A program made the translations under genes and the position numbers. From the sequence record MT446416.1: a DNA stretch of 64,000 bases; one strand, written 5' to 3'. Positions within the stretch are counted from its first letter, which is position 1. Each line of letters begins with the position of its first letter. The notes below the pieces were generated by a model. The model was not told the origin of the DNA and did no database searches. It saw nothing but the letters and a program-made list of their open reading frames with translations. The DNA is from Escherichia virus TH47. Shown piece by piece: positions 10,345-19,379 of this stretch.

Positions 10345-12450
10345 CCAACATTCAAGTTGGGTAAACGTGGTGCTTCTATTAATTTTGTAAACGATTCTGT
10401 CGCAATCAAAGACTTTTTAGGTGAAACGTTCCTACCTGTTAAGGTGGGAACTCCTAATGACGATGATTCCGCAGTAAACGTTATGTATCTTGAAGATAAC
10501 CCAAATGCTTTATTTGGCGTACTTCCACCAACAAATGACATTGGTAAAAATAACAACACTTATTTTCAAGTTGATTCTGAGGGTATTGTTGATATCTTTG
10601 CAAAAACAAATGATGTTTGGGTAAAATCATTATACATTAATAAAAATGTCCTTTCCAGTGTTAACGGTGCTGATTATATCGGACTTATTACTGGAGGAAC
10701 ACTCCAACAGGCACAGTTTTACATAACTCCAGAAGAGTTTGGTGCAAAAGGTGATGGCATCACTGATGACACGGCAGCGGTTAACGCATGTGCAGTTTAT
10801 GCAAAAGAACACCAAATCCAAATTCAAGCTGGTGGTAATTATCGTATCAGAACTGCTGTTTATTTGAATGATATTCAATGGTTTGGTGGAACAATCACTG
10901 GCAACGGTGGCACAATGGTATCAGTACTGAATAGTACAATCCAACAAGCAACATTAACAGGATGTTATTTAAAATTCTTTGGTGGTGATGGTAAATTTTA
11001 TTTTAATAAATTTATTAATATTACAAGTACTGCTACATTTCTAATGCAAGGTATGACTGAATCAGGTACTATCGACTTTTGCTTTAATGAAATGACACAA
11101 TGTAAGTACGGTGTTCTTCAGCAAGGCACTGGTGAGAAAATGACAGTTGGGCGTTATTCATACAACCACATCCATGATATATATGGTGATGCAATTGAAT
11201 TGAACGTAGTCAACTCACATTACCCAGACGGTTTTGTAATAGAAGGTAACTTGATTGAAAACGTAGATGGTACAGATGCACCAATTCCTCTTTCAAACTG
11301 GGGTATTGGTATCGGCGTTGCTGGTTCTGGTCCTTATGATGTGAATGCTGATGATTCACAATATGTAAAAAAATTCGTTATAAAAAATAACCGCTTGTAC
11401 AATGTCCGTCAATGTATTCACGTTGAGTTGGGTAAAGACTTTAAAATTCTCAATAATGAAGTTTATCCATCAACGTTGGTATCAATTGGTACTGGTTTGA
11501 CAACCGCTGGTGTAATTACTTATGGTTCTGTTGATTTTATTATTGATGGCCTATCTGGGCATCTATTAAATGATCCATCAGTAACTAACCGTATGGTTTC
11601 TATTAACTGGGGTGTAACATCTGGTAAATTTGCTGGTCCTCCACGTAACTTTAAATTATGTAATCTCCACATTCCTGAGTCGTCTATTATTGTGTATACT
11701 TCAGGCTCTGATAATTGGCTAAATACTACTGAACTTTCTAATATTACATGTAGTAGAATTCAATGGCGTGGATTGCCGTCATCTTCCAAGTTTAATAATA
11801 TCAGTACTAAAGAACTTGATGTTATTGGACAACACCTTGCAACTGAAGGTGAAGGAGGGGGCTTATATACTCGCTCTAAATATACATATACCAACTGGAC
11901 TAATTGTGTTGTTCAAGATGATTGTAACATATCAAAATATAGTTTCTCAAGAATGTATGTTGACCGTATTGACCAATCATCTAATAACTTTAAAGTAACC
12001 ACTGCAATTGATGGAACTGGACATCGTGGACCTGTAGTAATACCTGTAGTTGAACAGTATTACGTGCCTTATGATGTTTTTCCTGGTGGGAGATATTTCC
12101 CAGAAGGAACAATTATCCATAAACAATCAGGTGGAAAATTTATTGTTACAGTAGGTGGTTCTTTCTTTGGTCGATATGACACAATTAGACAAACAGTTGC
12201 AGGACAAACTTATATCGAAGCATTGGGTGTATCATGGGGTGATAATCAATATGCTAAAGCTGCTGGAACCGAAATCCTAATCACAGGAGCAGGGGAAAAC
12301 GGCGAAGATTTAAAAACATATATCACTAGAGCAGTTTATGTTGTTAATAATGCGTATCGTATCGATATTGCCGATCCGATTGTTACTGCTACCGCAGCAG
12401 GGGCATTATTGAAAGCTGCTCAACCAATAACATATATCACCCTATCTTAA
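10309..12450 (+). CDS. tailspike with pectate-lyase-like beta-helix (putative depolymerase)
   Basis: EFGAKGDGITDDTAAVNA motif typical of pectate-lyase-fold tailspikes; N-terminal 11 aa identical to next gene. Confidence 0.65.
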   Translation: MAVFSNLEGTMMPTFKLGKRGASINFVNDSVAIKDFLGETFLPVKVGTPNDDDSAVNVMYLEDNPNALFGVLPPTNDIGKNNNTYFQVDSEGIVDIFAKTNDVWVKSLYINKNVLSSVNGADYIGLITGGTLQQAQFYITPEEFGAKGDGITDDTAAVNACAVYAKEHQIQIQAGGNYRIRTAVYLNDIQWFGGTITGNGGTMVSVLNSTIQQATLTGCYLKFFGGDGKFYFNKFINITSTATFLMQGMTESGTIDFCFNEMTQCKYGVLQQGTGEKMTVGRYSYNHIHDIYGDAIELNVVNSHYPDGFVIEGNLIENVDGTDAPIPLSNWGIGIGVAGSGPYDVNADDSQYVKKFVIKNNRLYNVRQCIHVELGKDFKILNNEVYPSTLVSIGTGLTTAGVITYGSVDFIIDGLSGHLLNDPSVTNRMVSINWGVTSGKFAGPPRNFKLCNLHIPESSIIVYTSGSDNWLNTTELSNITCSRIQWRGLPSSSKFNNISTKELDVIGQHLATEGEGGGLYTRSKYTYTNWTNCVVQDDCNISKYSFSRMYVDRIDQSSNNFKVTTAIDGTGHRGPVVIPVVEQYYVPYDVFPGGRYFPEGTIIHKQSGGKFIVTVGGSFFGRYDTIRQTVAGQTYIEALGVSWGDNQYAKAAGTEILITGAGENGEDLKTYITRAVYVVNNAYRIDIADPIVTATAAGALLKAAQPITYITLS

Positions 12451-12464
12451 AGGAGATTATAAAA

Positions 12465-12500
12465 ATGGCAGTTTTTTCTAATTTAGAAGGAACCATGAAG
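12465..12500 (+). repeat. conserved N-terminal module, copy 2
   Basis: Near-identical to 10309-10344. Confidence 0.7.
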
Positions 12501-13364
12501 AAGACCTTCATACTTGGTAAAAATGGTGCACAAATTGCCACTAATGGTAATGTTGTTCAAATCCAGAACTACACGGGTACACAACTTCTTCCTGTTTCAG
12601 CAGGTGACCCAACCGCAAATACACACTTGGTTACATTGGGTTATTTGAATACACATAGCGGTGGTGGTGGCGGTTCCGGTATTTTACGTGGAACTATTGC
12701 ACCATCTGAATCAATTGGTGTAGATGGTGACGCTTACTTCTTAGTTGACAGTACTAATATTATTCAGATCTATATTAAAGACCTTGGTGTTTGGAAACCT
12801 CTCCAAAGCACAACTCCAGGTACTGATAGTTCTTACGTTACTACTGAAATCGTTCCTGTATCGGCATTTACATTAGTTCCTGGAACAACAGATCAATATA
12901 CTTATTCTTTACCTGAATCAGTACATGGTCGTGGTCCAGATATTATGGTTCAGCTACAGGGTGACCCTGGTAACATCCCACTTGACACTGTATTCCAAAC
13001 TAACGTCACTGTGAGTGGTATTGGTGACATTACGATTGATGTTATTGGTCAAATCACTGATTATACAAGTGTCAAAGTCAACATCATAGGAGCAACAACA
13101 ATGACAGTACCTTATAGTAAATTAATTAACCAAGCGGATTGGGTAGTATCTAGTGATGAATACACCATTACTATCCCAGCGTCTGAACATAACCAAACAC
13201 CTGATAATTTGTATATTTCAATTTATTCAAATAAAACTCCAGGTAGCACAGCAGCATCACCATTTGAACTGGTAATAACCGAAACTCAAATTGATGCAAG
13301 TGGTAATGTTACATTCACTTCTGACGAAGCGTTTAGTGGTAAAATAGTAATTTCTGGTAAATAA
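12465..13364 (+). CDS. tail fibre protein sharing N-terminal anchor with the tailspike
   Basis: MAVFSNLEGTM N-terminus; poly-Gly linker HSGGGGGSG; AAAGGAG SD. Confidence 0.55.
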   Translation: MAVFSNLEGTMKKTFILGKNGAQIATNGNVVQIQNYTGTQLLPVSAGDPTANTHLVTLGYLNTHSGGGGGSGILRGTIAPSESIGVDGDAYFLVDSTNIIQIYIKDLGVWKPLQSTTPGTDSSYVTTEIVPVSAFTLVPGTTDQYTYSLPESVHGRGPDIMVQLQGDPGNIPLDTVFQTNVTVSGIGDITIDVIGQITDYTSVKVNIIGATTMTVPYSKLINQADWVVSSDEYTITIPASEHNQTPDNLYISIYSNKTPGSTAASPFELVITETQIDASGNVTFTSDEAFSGKIVISGK

Positions 13365-13373
13365 AAAAAATAG

Positions 13374-13406
13374 TCCAGACTACGATTCATCGAGTCTGGA
13401 TTTTTT
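13374..13406 (+). terminator. rho-independent terminator
   Basis: tccagact/agtctgga stem followed by T6. Confidence 0.65.
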
Positions 13407-13482
13407 ATATCAATAACTAAATATATGTATATTAACAAGGTCAAATGTATTTTATGCTTTTTGCCTATTTGGAGGGAACTAA

Positions 13483-16400
13483 ATGTACTCGATTAAAACA
13501 GATCTCGATATAACTGGTGGTGCAACGGTTGGTAAAGATCTTCTTGTGAAAGGCGATGCAGTATTCAATAAAAATCTAACAGTTAATGGAACCGTAACTT
13601 TTGCTGACGCTGTATTCACTGCGATTGAAGCAGGAACTGTAGACATTTCATCTACACTAGATGTTGCTGGTAAAGCATCATTGAATGGTGGGATTGAAGT
13701 TCATGGTAATTCCGTAATTGGTAATTTACCAGTTGGCTCTGATACTGCAACGATTAATTCTAATGCACAATTCCAAAGCCCAGTATCAATGGCAGGTAAC
13801 CTAACACAAACGGCTGGCACTGCTGTACTAAAAGATACCCAAGTGGCATCAATGGATGTTCTTGGAACTTCTTCATTTAAAGGTAATATTACTGCTGAAA
13901 CTGGCACTACCGCAGCATTTGACAAAATAACTGCAACTGATGCAACATTCACAAACACTGCAACTACTGATATCACATCAACTGGAACTGCAAACTTTAA
14001 AGATGTGAATATTTCCGGTACACTAGGTGGAACATTTAGTCTATCTGATGTTAATGCAACAACTCTAACTGTTTCTGGTTTAACCAGTCTACAAGGTGGT
14101 GTTACATTAGGTTCCAACATTACTGGTGTGAATAGTAGTGCAAACTTCCGTGATATTAAAATTGGTTCCAATGCTGCAAACACTAACTACCGTTTGAGCT
14201 TTAACTATTCTGCTCCAAGTCTTCGTCCAACTGTAATTCTACAGAACGAAATCCAATCAGAATTGATGTCTCCAGCTACCCTAAGTGTATTGAAAACTGC
14301 ATCTTTTGGTGATTCGTCATTATCCACTTTTGGTATTACTGGTAATGGTCTAAACAAACTAGATTACCTAACAGTATCTGGTAACTCTGTTCAAGATCCA
14401 ACAACTCCACTATTACAAGTAACTTCAGGTAAAACTAAAGTTCATGATTTCGAAGTAACAGGAACTGCAACTATTCCTAACATTGAAAGTACTGGAACTG
14501 CTAATTTTAATAACATCAACGTATCTGGTACACTCGGCGGTACTTTCAGTCTTGATGATATTGAAGCAAACACTCTAACTGTTTCTGGATTAACTAGCCT
14601 TGTTGGTGGTGTAACTTTGGGTGCTGATATTTCCGGTGCTAATAGTACTGCTAATTTTAAAGCAGTAAGTTTAGGACAAAACGCAGCCGATGCTAACGTT
14701 AAGTATGGTTTTGCTTATTCTGCCCCTGGTGCACGTCCAACTGTAATTCTACAAAATGAAATTCAGTCTGAACTAGTATCTCCAGCAGTACTAAATGTAC
14801 AAAAAACTGCTACCTTCGGTGATGCATCTCTTGCAACCTATGGTATCACAGGTAACGGTCTAAACAAACTAGATTATCTATCTATTACTGGTAATGGTAC
14901 ACAAAGTCCAGCAACGCCACAACTACAAGTAGCTGGTAAATCAGTACTAAATGATGTTGAATTCACTGGTACTGTAACTGGCCTAACAGTTGATGTAAGT
15001 GGTCAAGACCTAACTCCTAAATCTGTTGTTGCTGCTGAAGCAATCAAAGGACAAACCCTTGAATCTGTTGGTCAAACCACCGTAGGAACTAACCTACAAG
15101 TTGGTGGAACAGCTAATGTTGTTGGTGCACTAACTGGTACTGCTGCAACCTTTACTGGTGACGTAAGTGCTGCTAAAGGTACTTTCAGTGGTGATGTTAG
15201 CGTTACTGGGCAAACTGTAACTGTACGTGATTTAGTAGTAACTGGCACAACTACTGGTGTAACTGCCCAAGCTGACGTTGATGGTCTTGATATCGCCCCA
15301 AATAAAGTTGATGTTACAACAACACTATCTGTTGCTGGGGACACTACTTTAGCTGGTCTAACTGCTAGTTCAGTAACAAGTACTGGTGATGTTACTGGTG
15401 CGTCTGTATCTGGTAATACAGTAACTGCGGCTGGTGCACTATCTGGTGGTTCTCTTGCAGTAACTGGTGCTGGTTCTATGGCTTCACTAACTGTTCCAAG
15501 TATTACTGGGGACACTACTTTTGCTAATAACGTAACTATTACTGGAACACTAACTCCGAGTAGTATAGATTTAAGCACTACTGATGTAAGTGCTGCTTCT
15601 TTAACAACTACTGGTAACGTAACTGTTGGTGGTTCTCTTGCAGTAACTGGTGCTATTGATTTGTCTGCTGCTGATGTAGTAACAAAATCAGTTAGTGCAA
15701 CTAACCCAAGTACATTTGGTGTAATTAATGCATCTTCTGTTGCCGCAACTGGTGACGTTTCAGGTGGCACTCTAACTACTACTGGTGCAGCGAAAGTAGG
15801 AACACTAACTAGTACTGGTGTAGTATCTGGTTCGCGTTTGTCTTCTGGTACTGCAACAATCTCAACTTCTGTAACAGTTCCAACTTTACAAGCTGAAGCT
15901 GCTGGTGCTGGTACACTAAATCTAGCAAGTAATGTTGTCGCGGCAAAAGATCTAACTGTCACTGGTGTATTCAAACCTGAAGGTGGTCTTGACCTAACAA
16001 CTGTTGATATTACTGCAAACTCACTAACTACTACTGCTGATGTTAATGTTGGTGGAAACTTAGTAGTTGATGGTACTTTTGACCTAAGTGCTGCTGATGT
16101 ATCAGTTAAATCTCTTGTAAGTGCAGAGGCAATTACTAGTGGTGGTGTGATTACCGTTACCGATTCAACCAATACTAGTTCGTTCCCTAAAATTACTTCA
16201 ACTGATGCAACACTCTTTACAGTAAATGCAGGTACTATTAATGCAACTGGCAACAGTGTACTACAAAGTGTATCAGCTACTCAAGTAACTGCTACTAGTG
16301 CTGAATTTTCTGGTAGTGGCCTTGGTCTTCAAGTTGATAATGATGCAAACGTTGGTGGTGCATTATCTGTTGGTGGCATTGCAACTGTTGGTTCTTTAAC

Positions 16401-18441
16401 AACAACTGCTGCTTCTCTTAATATTGCAAAAAATACTGCAATCAATGGTGATTTAGCTGTATCTGGTACACTAACTGCTGGTTCAATCGACCTAAGCAAT
16501 ACTGATGTAACCGTTAAATCTCTTGATTCACTAGGTAACGCACACATTGCTGGTAACCTAACTGTTGATGGTGCATTCGACTTAAGTGCAACTAACCTTG
16601 TAGCTGCAAGTCTAGCAAGTACTGGTTCTACTACTGTTGGAACTGATCTAGTACTAACAACTGGTGTTGTGACTGGTAGCCCAGCTATCTCTGGTAATAC
16701 AACAATCGGTGGAACTCTTGGTGTAACTGGTGCTGTTAACCTAACTGATATTGTTAATATCGGTAAGAAAGTAACAGTGAGTACTGGTGGTATTCAGGTA
16801 GTTGATGGTGGTATCAATACTAACACAATTAACGTTTCTGGTGCTACTACTCTAGCAGGAACTTCCATTACTGGAACTTTAGGTGTAACTGGTGCTTCTA
16901 CTCTAGCAGGTGTATCTGCAACATCACTAACAGTTTCTGGTGACAGTACTGTTCAGAAACTAACTGTCCAAGGTGAATTGATCCCACAAGGTGGTCTTGA
17001 CCTAAGCGGTGCAGACATTACTGCTAATAGTCTAACTACTGCAACAACTATCAATGCAACTGGCCTAAGTACTCTAAGTGGTGGTGTTAGTACTTCTACT
17101 GTGACTGCATCTGGTCTAGCAACTGTTGGAAGTTTAACTTCTACTGCAAACGCATCAGTTGGTGGTAATTTGGGTGTAACTGGAACTCTAGGTGTTACTG
17201 GTGCAACTACTGTATCTTCACTAACAGCTACTGGTGCAGTGAAAACTGGTACAACCCTAACTGTTGGTACTCCAGTTGGTGAACAACCTGAAACTGTACA
17301 GATCATTCCAGATACTTATATTGCTGGTAAATTGCGTGTAATCGGCGGTATTAACGCTGATATTGATGTTAGTGGTCAAACACTAGAACCATATGCAATT
17401 GAAGCTGCTGCAACACTATCTGCTGTTGGTAACATTACTTCTGGTGCAACCATCGTTTCTAAAGCTGCAACAATTGGTGATGTTGGTTCACAAAACAACA
17501 ACCTAACTGTTAATGGTAACGTAGTAACTAATGGTGACTTCACAGTTACTGGGGTACTAAATGCACAATTGAACCAAGCAGATTCCGATGTAGCTGTTAA
17601 ATCTTTAACTGCAACTAATAACGTTGCGGCTGGTACTTCAATCACTGCTGGTACTTCCATCACTGCAACTGGATTACTTAAAGGTAATACTTTAGAAGTT
17701 ACTACTACTGGTTCATTTGGTGGTGCAGTAACTATGTCAAGTGGTGCAAACATCACTGGTACAGTGGGTATTACTGCTGGTGACCTAACAGTAGGTGGTA
17801 ATATCTCTGCAACTGGCACTGCTGGATTCGGTGCAACAACCGTTTCTACAATTACAACATCAGGTTTGGCTACACTTGCAAGTACATCCGTTACTGGTAA
17901 CGCAACAGTAGGTGGAACACTAGCAGTAACAGGAGCACTAACTGCGAATGGTAACGTAACATTAGGTGACGCAGCGGCTGACGTTCTAACCGTTAATGCA
18001 ACTTCATCATTTAAAGAAAATGCTGTGTTTGATAAGGCAGTAACAGTAACTGGTGAACTAACCACTACTAATGCTAACTTAACTACTACAACAGTAACTA
18101 CCAAAAAGTATGATGTAATCCCAACTCAAGTTACATCATCAGTAATTGCTCCAACCGGAACATGGACTCCAGATGGTACAAGTAACGTGTACTTCATCAC
18201 TCTAGACCAAGATACCACGTTGGCTCCAATTACTGGCCTAATTGGTGGCGGTAAAGCTGCATCAGTATACATCTATGTTAAACAAGATACAACTGGTAAC
18301 AGAAACTTTACAACTGATGGTACTTATGCTGTTGTTGATGGTGAACTAAACAAAACTGCTGGTAGCGTGACCATTTACCAAGTAATTTATGATGGTGTAA
18401 GTCCAGTTACTGATTTGTTCATTGCACAACGTACTGCTTAA
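13483..18441 (+). CDS. giant repetitive fibrous protein (1652 aa)
   Basis: T/G/V/S/A-rich periodic sequence; GGAGGG SD; tandem 170-aa duplication near N-terminus. Confidence 0.6.
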   Translation: MYSIKTDLDITGGATVGKDLLVKGDAVFNKNLTVNGTVTFADAVFTAIEAGTVDISSTLDVAGKASLNGGIEVHGNSVIGNLPVGSDTATINSNAQFQSPVSMAGNLTQTAGTAVLKDTQVASMDVLGTSSFKGNITAETGTTAAFDKITATDATFTNTATTDITSTGTANFKDVNISGTLGGTFSLSDVNATTLTVSGLTSLQGGVTLGSNITGVNSSANFRDIKIGSNAANTNYRLSFNYSAPSLRPTVILQNEIQSELMSPATLSVLKTASFGDSSLSTFGITGNGLNKLDYLTVSGNSVQDPTTPLLQVTSGKTKVHDFEVTGTATIPNIESTGTANFNNINVSGTLGGTFSLDDIEANTLTVSGLTSLVGGVTLGADISGANSTANFKAVSLGQNAADANVKYGFAYSAPGARPTVILQNEIQSELVSPAVLNVQKTATFGDASLATYGITGNGLNKLDYLSITGNGTQSPATPQLQVAGKSVLNDVEFTGTVTGLTVDVSGQDLTPKSVVAAEAIKGQTLESVGQTTVGTNLQVGGTANVVGALTGTAATFTGDVSAAKGTFSGDVSVTGQTVTVRDLVVTGTTTGVTAQADVDGLDIAPNKVDVTTTLSVAGDTTLAGLTASSVTSTGDVTGASVSGNTVTAAGALSGGSLAVTGAGSMASLTVPSITGDTTFANNVTITGTLTPSSIDLSTTDVSAASLTTTGNVTVGGSLAVTGAIDLSAADVVTKSVSATNPSTFGVINASSVAATGDVSGGTLTTTGAAKVGTLTSTGVVSGSRLSSGTATISTSVTVPTLQAEAAGAGTLNLASNVVAAKDLTVTGVFKPEGGLDLTTVDITANSLTTTADVNVGGNLVVDGTFDLSAADVSVKSLVSAEAITSGGVITVTDSTNTSSFPKITSTDATLFTVNAGTINATGNSVLQSVSATQVTATSAEFSGSGLGLQVDNDANVGGALSVGGIATVGSLTTTAASLNIAKNTAINGDLAVSGTLTAGSIDLSNTDVTVKSLDSLGNAHIAGNLTVDGAFDLSATNLVAASLASTGSTTVGTDLVLTTGVVTGSPAISGNTTIGGTLGVTGAVNLTDIVNIGKKVTVSTGGIQVVDGGINTNTINVSGATTLAGTSITGTLGVTGASTLAGVSATSLTVSGDSTVQKLTVQGELIPQGGLDLSGADITANSLTTATTINATGLSTLSGGVSTSTVTASGLATVGSLTSTANASVGGNLGVTGTLGVTGATTVSSLTATGAVKTGTTLTVGTPVGEQPETVQIIPDTYIAGKLRVIGGINADIDVSGQTLEPYAIEAAATLSAVGNITSGATIVSKAATIGDVGSQNNNLTVNGNVVTNGDFTVTGVLNAQLNQADSDVAVKSLTATNNVAAGTSITAGTSITATGLLKGNTLEVTTTGSFGGAVTMSSGANITGTVGITAGDLTVGGNISATGTAGFGATTVSTITTSGLATLASTSVTGNATVGGTLAVTGALTANGNVTLGDAAADVLTVNATSSFKENAVFDKAVTVTGELTTTNANLTTTTVTTKKYDVIPTQVTSSVIAPTGTWTPDGTSNVYFITLDQDTTLAPITGLIGGGKAASVYIYVKQDTTGNRNFTTDGTYAVVDGELNKTAGSVTIYQVIYDGVSPVTDLFIAQRTA
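13978..14997 (+). repeat. tandem duplication (2 x about 510 bp) inside the giant fibre gene
   Basis: Protein segments 166-335 and 336-500 align over their full length (STGTANF...TVILQNEIQSEL...GITGNGLNKLDYL). Confidence 0.7.
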
Positions 18442-18507
18442 TAATTATAATAAAAAAAACGGTGTCATCAATTATGGTGACACCATCTTAACAAGTGAGG
18501 TAGTTAT

Positions 18508-19287
18508 ATGTTTACATATGTAAAAGGTAGTTCTAAAGAAAATTATGAATTGGGTAACATCATCTCCAACCCAGTTGGTGTTAAGGGTTTAAAAGAACGC
18601 CCTGGGGCAACTCCAGATGATGAACAAACATATCGTTATTTGTACAGTGATATTCGTGCACTTTATGGTATTTCAAGTAAAGATGGTTCTGAAATTGAAC
18701 CTAATAACGCTGTTCGCAAAGAAGAGGGTTTCTGGTGGTTGGAATATAAGAATGTTGGTAATGTGAACGCAATTAATGAGAATTTGGAATATATTAAACT
18801 ACAAGATAGTAATCAACCAGTCATCACATTCTTAGAAGAAGCAGAAGGTGAATATAAAGAGTTAACAGTACTGAAAACTTATAATTATGTTGATATGGAC
18901 ATTGCAGCAGTTAAATCTGATCTGAAAGCACGCACAGTATCATCTCGTAGTGATCGTATTAATGCTGGTTATATGTTTAACGGTCATCGTTATAGTACTG
19001 ATCTAGCTGGTCGTCAAATGCTTCTTAATTATTATACACAAGTAACTTCCGGTTCTGATAGCGTTTCGATTTTCCTTGATGACGCAATTGTAAAACTATC
19101 TGCTGCTGAAATGACTCAACTATACACTGAAGCATTTGCTATGGTTGAATCCCTATTTGCAGAGTGTAATAAGCAATGTGCTGACATTGATGCAGTTCCT
19201 GATGCTGATGAAGATGCAATTTATAAAGCACAACAGGCGGCTGTATGGGTATATGAAGGTATTGATATTCCTGAGCGTACTCGTTAA
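18508..19287 (+). CDS. hypothetical protein (possible fibre assembly or accessory)
   Basis: 259-aa ORF with GTGAGG SD; function is a positional guess. Confidence 0.4.
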   Translation: MFTYVKGSSKENYELGNIISNPVGVKGLKERPGATPDDEQTYRYLYSDIRALYGISSKDGSEIEPNNAVRKEEGFWWLEYKNVGNVNAINENLEYIKLQDSNQPVITFLEEAEGEYKELTVLKTYNYVDMDIAAVKSDLKARTVSSRSDRINAGYMFNGHRYSTDLAGRQMLLNYYTQVTSGSDSVSIFLDDAIVKLSAAEMTQLYTEAFAMVESLFAECNKQCADIDAVPDADEDAIYKAQQAAVWVYEGIDIPERTR

Positions 19288-19302
19288 TTTATATTTTTTT
19301 TA

Positions 19303-19335
19303 AAGGTCAACTATGGTTGGCCTTTTCTTTTATCT
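19303..19335 (+). terminator. rho-independent terminator
   Basis: 8-bp stem aggtcaac/gttggcct (one G-U pair) followed by ttttctttt. Confidence 0.6.
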
Positions 19336-19339
19336 AAAA

Positions 19340-19345
19340 TAAATA
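19340..19345 (+). promoter_or_regulatory. T4-late-like TAAATA motif 34 nt upstream of ATG 19380
   Basis: Recurrent motif and spacing. Confidence 0.3.
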
Positions 19346-19379
19346 CTTAATATATAATCTATTCTGAGGAAATATTTAA

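Noticed and set aside
13701-18104. Antisense ORFs inside the giant fibre gene (13701-14183, 15072-16253, 16329-16547, 16953-17306, 17376-18104)
   Set aside because: Artefacts of the low-complexity repeat; they translate to Pro/Val/Thr-rich nonsense and have no SD.
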